This document shows, piece after piece, positions 62,505 through 64,000 of a stretch of 64,000 nt of DNA (positions are counted from its first letter, which is position 1; the number at the start of each line of letters is the position of its first letter). The position numbers were made by a program, and so were the translations under genes. Under the pieces are notes generated by a model. It ran no database searches. It had not been told where the DNA came from and saw only the letters and a list, made by a program, of their open reading frames with translations. The stretch is from assembly GCA_001643675.2 (NCBI GenBank), contig LSRY02000075.1, positions 1-64,000 on the forward strand, given 5' to 3'. Source of the DNA: Monocercomonoides exilis PA203. Its lineage: Eukaryota; Protista; Preaxostyla.

Positions 62505-63707
62505 TATGTGCTAATTTTGCTTGGCCATGAGTATTTGTTCCATTGTGTTAGAGATGCAACTCCCACAAAATCAACAAACAACAGCAATCATTCACCTTCA
62601 TCTGCTATTCTCATGCTCAGTGGCCTTTGACGGGAAGCTCATGGAGGCAAACACACTCAACCACAGATTCAACAACTCACAATAATGTGTATGTGTGTGT
62701 GTGTGTGCAATGGCACAAACAACAAGATGTTTTCCTGCACTGGAAAAAGAATGTCCTCTCTCAGCTGGAAAAAAAAAAAGAAGAAGAAATGCCAATAAAA
62801 GAGCATTTCTTTCTTTCTCATGTTAATTCGATTGCATTCTTGATTGGAACTGCATTTGAAGCAGTTGGATGACTGATGCTTGCCATTCATCAGGAGGGGA
62901 CAAGATGCAGAAAATGTCTTTCCTGACTTTTGTGGGGATGTGTTGAGCCTTGCCCGGCTACTCAGAAACAGACTTGGCTGATAGCACCGAAACAGCAGCA
63001 CGACAGCTCTCCGGCAAATACATCCAAGTCTTTTGCCCTCCCCGTGCTTCTTTCGTGGTCAATGGGCACTCCAGCCACAAAGCACCACAAAATCATGAAT
63101 GACTTCGACTGCTTTTACAGATGCTGAATATCGAGTTTTCTTCTTGTTTTTCTTTGAAATGAAAAAAAAAAAAAAAATAAAGAGAGGAAATGAAACAGCA
63201 GCAACTGGGCAGTTCTTGCCCCATCCTGCAAATGCTTCATATTGTGAAGATGGATACAACCATACAAAAATACACACATAAAATAAATAAAATTATTCCA
63301 ACAACAACTGAAAATGGAATATGAAATGTTTTGTCTGAAGCGATGCTGTGCTGATCAGAGTTCGGCCATGTGGGCATTGCCGCTTTTCCCAGCATGCACC
63401 ATGCACCATGCACCTGGACAAGCATCCACAACACAATGGGCAACAACCAATCATTGCTCCCACGGGTTCAGAGAAGCCTTCTGGCTTCACTCGTCCTCCA
63501 ATGGCCATTGTGTTATCTGCACCAGGGTTTCTTTTTCTTTTTCATTTTTCATTATCTTTTTCTTTTTTCTGTTCAAAACCAACTCTATTTCTGTGCTGTT
63601 CAAAAATGTTGAACACATTCAAAGTTTTCCAATGAATGCTCAACTCCTCTTGTCTGATTTTTTTATTTCATTATCCTGCTCTCCTCTGTTCTGTTCTGAT
63701 CTCCTCA

Positions 63708-64000
63708 TCATTTGCCATTCGCCTCATCCTTCACTTCCTCTGGCTTCTTCATGTCTCTGGATCTGTTGCCAATGTCTGTCATGCTGGTCATGCATGTCGT
63801 GCTGTTCATGCTGGCTCCACTGGCCATGATGGCCAAGCTGGTGCTGCAGGCCTCCTCCGACTCCTCTTCGTACCCGATCGCATCTGTCATCGTGAGCACT
63901 GCTGCACCCGGAGGGAACAGTTTGATCAGCTCCCGCTTCACATCTCCCAGCGTCATCCGATCCTCTGCCTCATAACGCAGGCACCCACCCACAACCCCCC
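63708..64000 (-). CDS. 3' end of a fourth receptor-pseudokinase gene copy (continues beyond the window)
   Basis: ORF 63708..63992 is identical to 52726..53010 (GGCLRYEAEDR...DEANGK). Confidence 0.85.
   Translation of the reverse strand, partial: GVVGGCLRYEAEDRMTLGDVKRELIKLFPPGAAVLTMTDAIGYEEESEEACSTSLAIMASGASMNSTTCMTSMTDIGNRSRDMKKPEEVKDEANGK

Larger units (their letters stand above)
60882..64000 (-). repeat. Palindrome P2, right arm (cut by window end)
   Basis: Reverse complement of ~52718-55841, with a few clustered differences. Confidence 0.96.

Overview
Eukaryotic, AT-rich genomic DNA with the standard genetic code and short GT-AG introns. The gene families strongly resemble those of an oxymonad such as Monocercomonoides (inferred from recall, not searched). 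The window is organised around three palindromes. P1 (arms 1-4998 and 5219-10229) and P2 (arms ~52718-55841 and 60882-64000) are tail-to-tail pairs of giant receptor-like genes. These genes have a signal peptide, repeated Cys/Gly-rich ectodomain modules, one TM helix and a pseudokinase C-lobe. Two are complete in the window: ~4160 aa at 7735-20218(-) and ~3030 aa at 43926-53010(+). Their ectodomains are very divergent, but they become near-identical at the DNA level immediately after the TM and remain closely similar through ~2.5 kb of downstream DNA and the palindrome spacer. P2 carries a 361-bp Tc1/mariner-type MITE in both arms, while P1 has it in neither. This points to arm-to-arm gene conversion. 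A complete 4.64-kb DIRS-type tyrosine-recombinase retrotransposon (gag, RT-RNase H-methyltransferase, YR, ITRs and ICR) sits at an ATTG beside the P2 centre, and the matching empty site is visible in P1. The middle of the window holds a PIF/Harbinger-ISL2EU-like transposase pseudogene, a decayed member of a repeated hypothetical gene family, a 1-kb foldback palindrome (P3), and a three-exon 4084-aa CLEC16A/GOP-1/TT9 (FPL-domain) gene.
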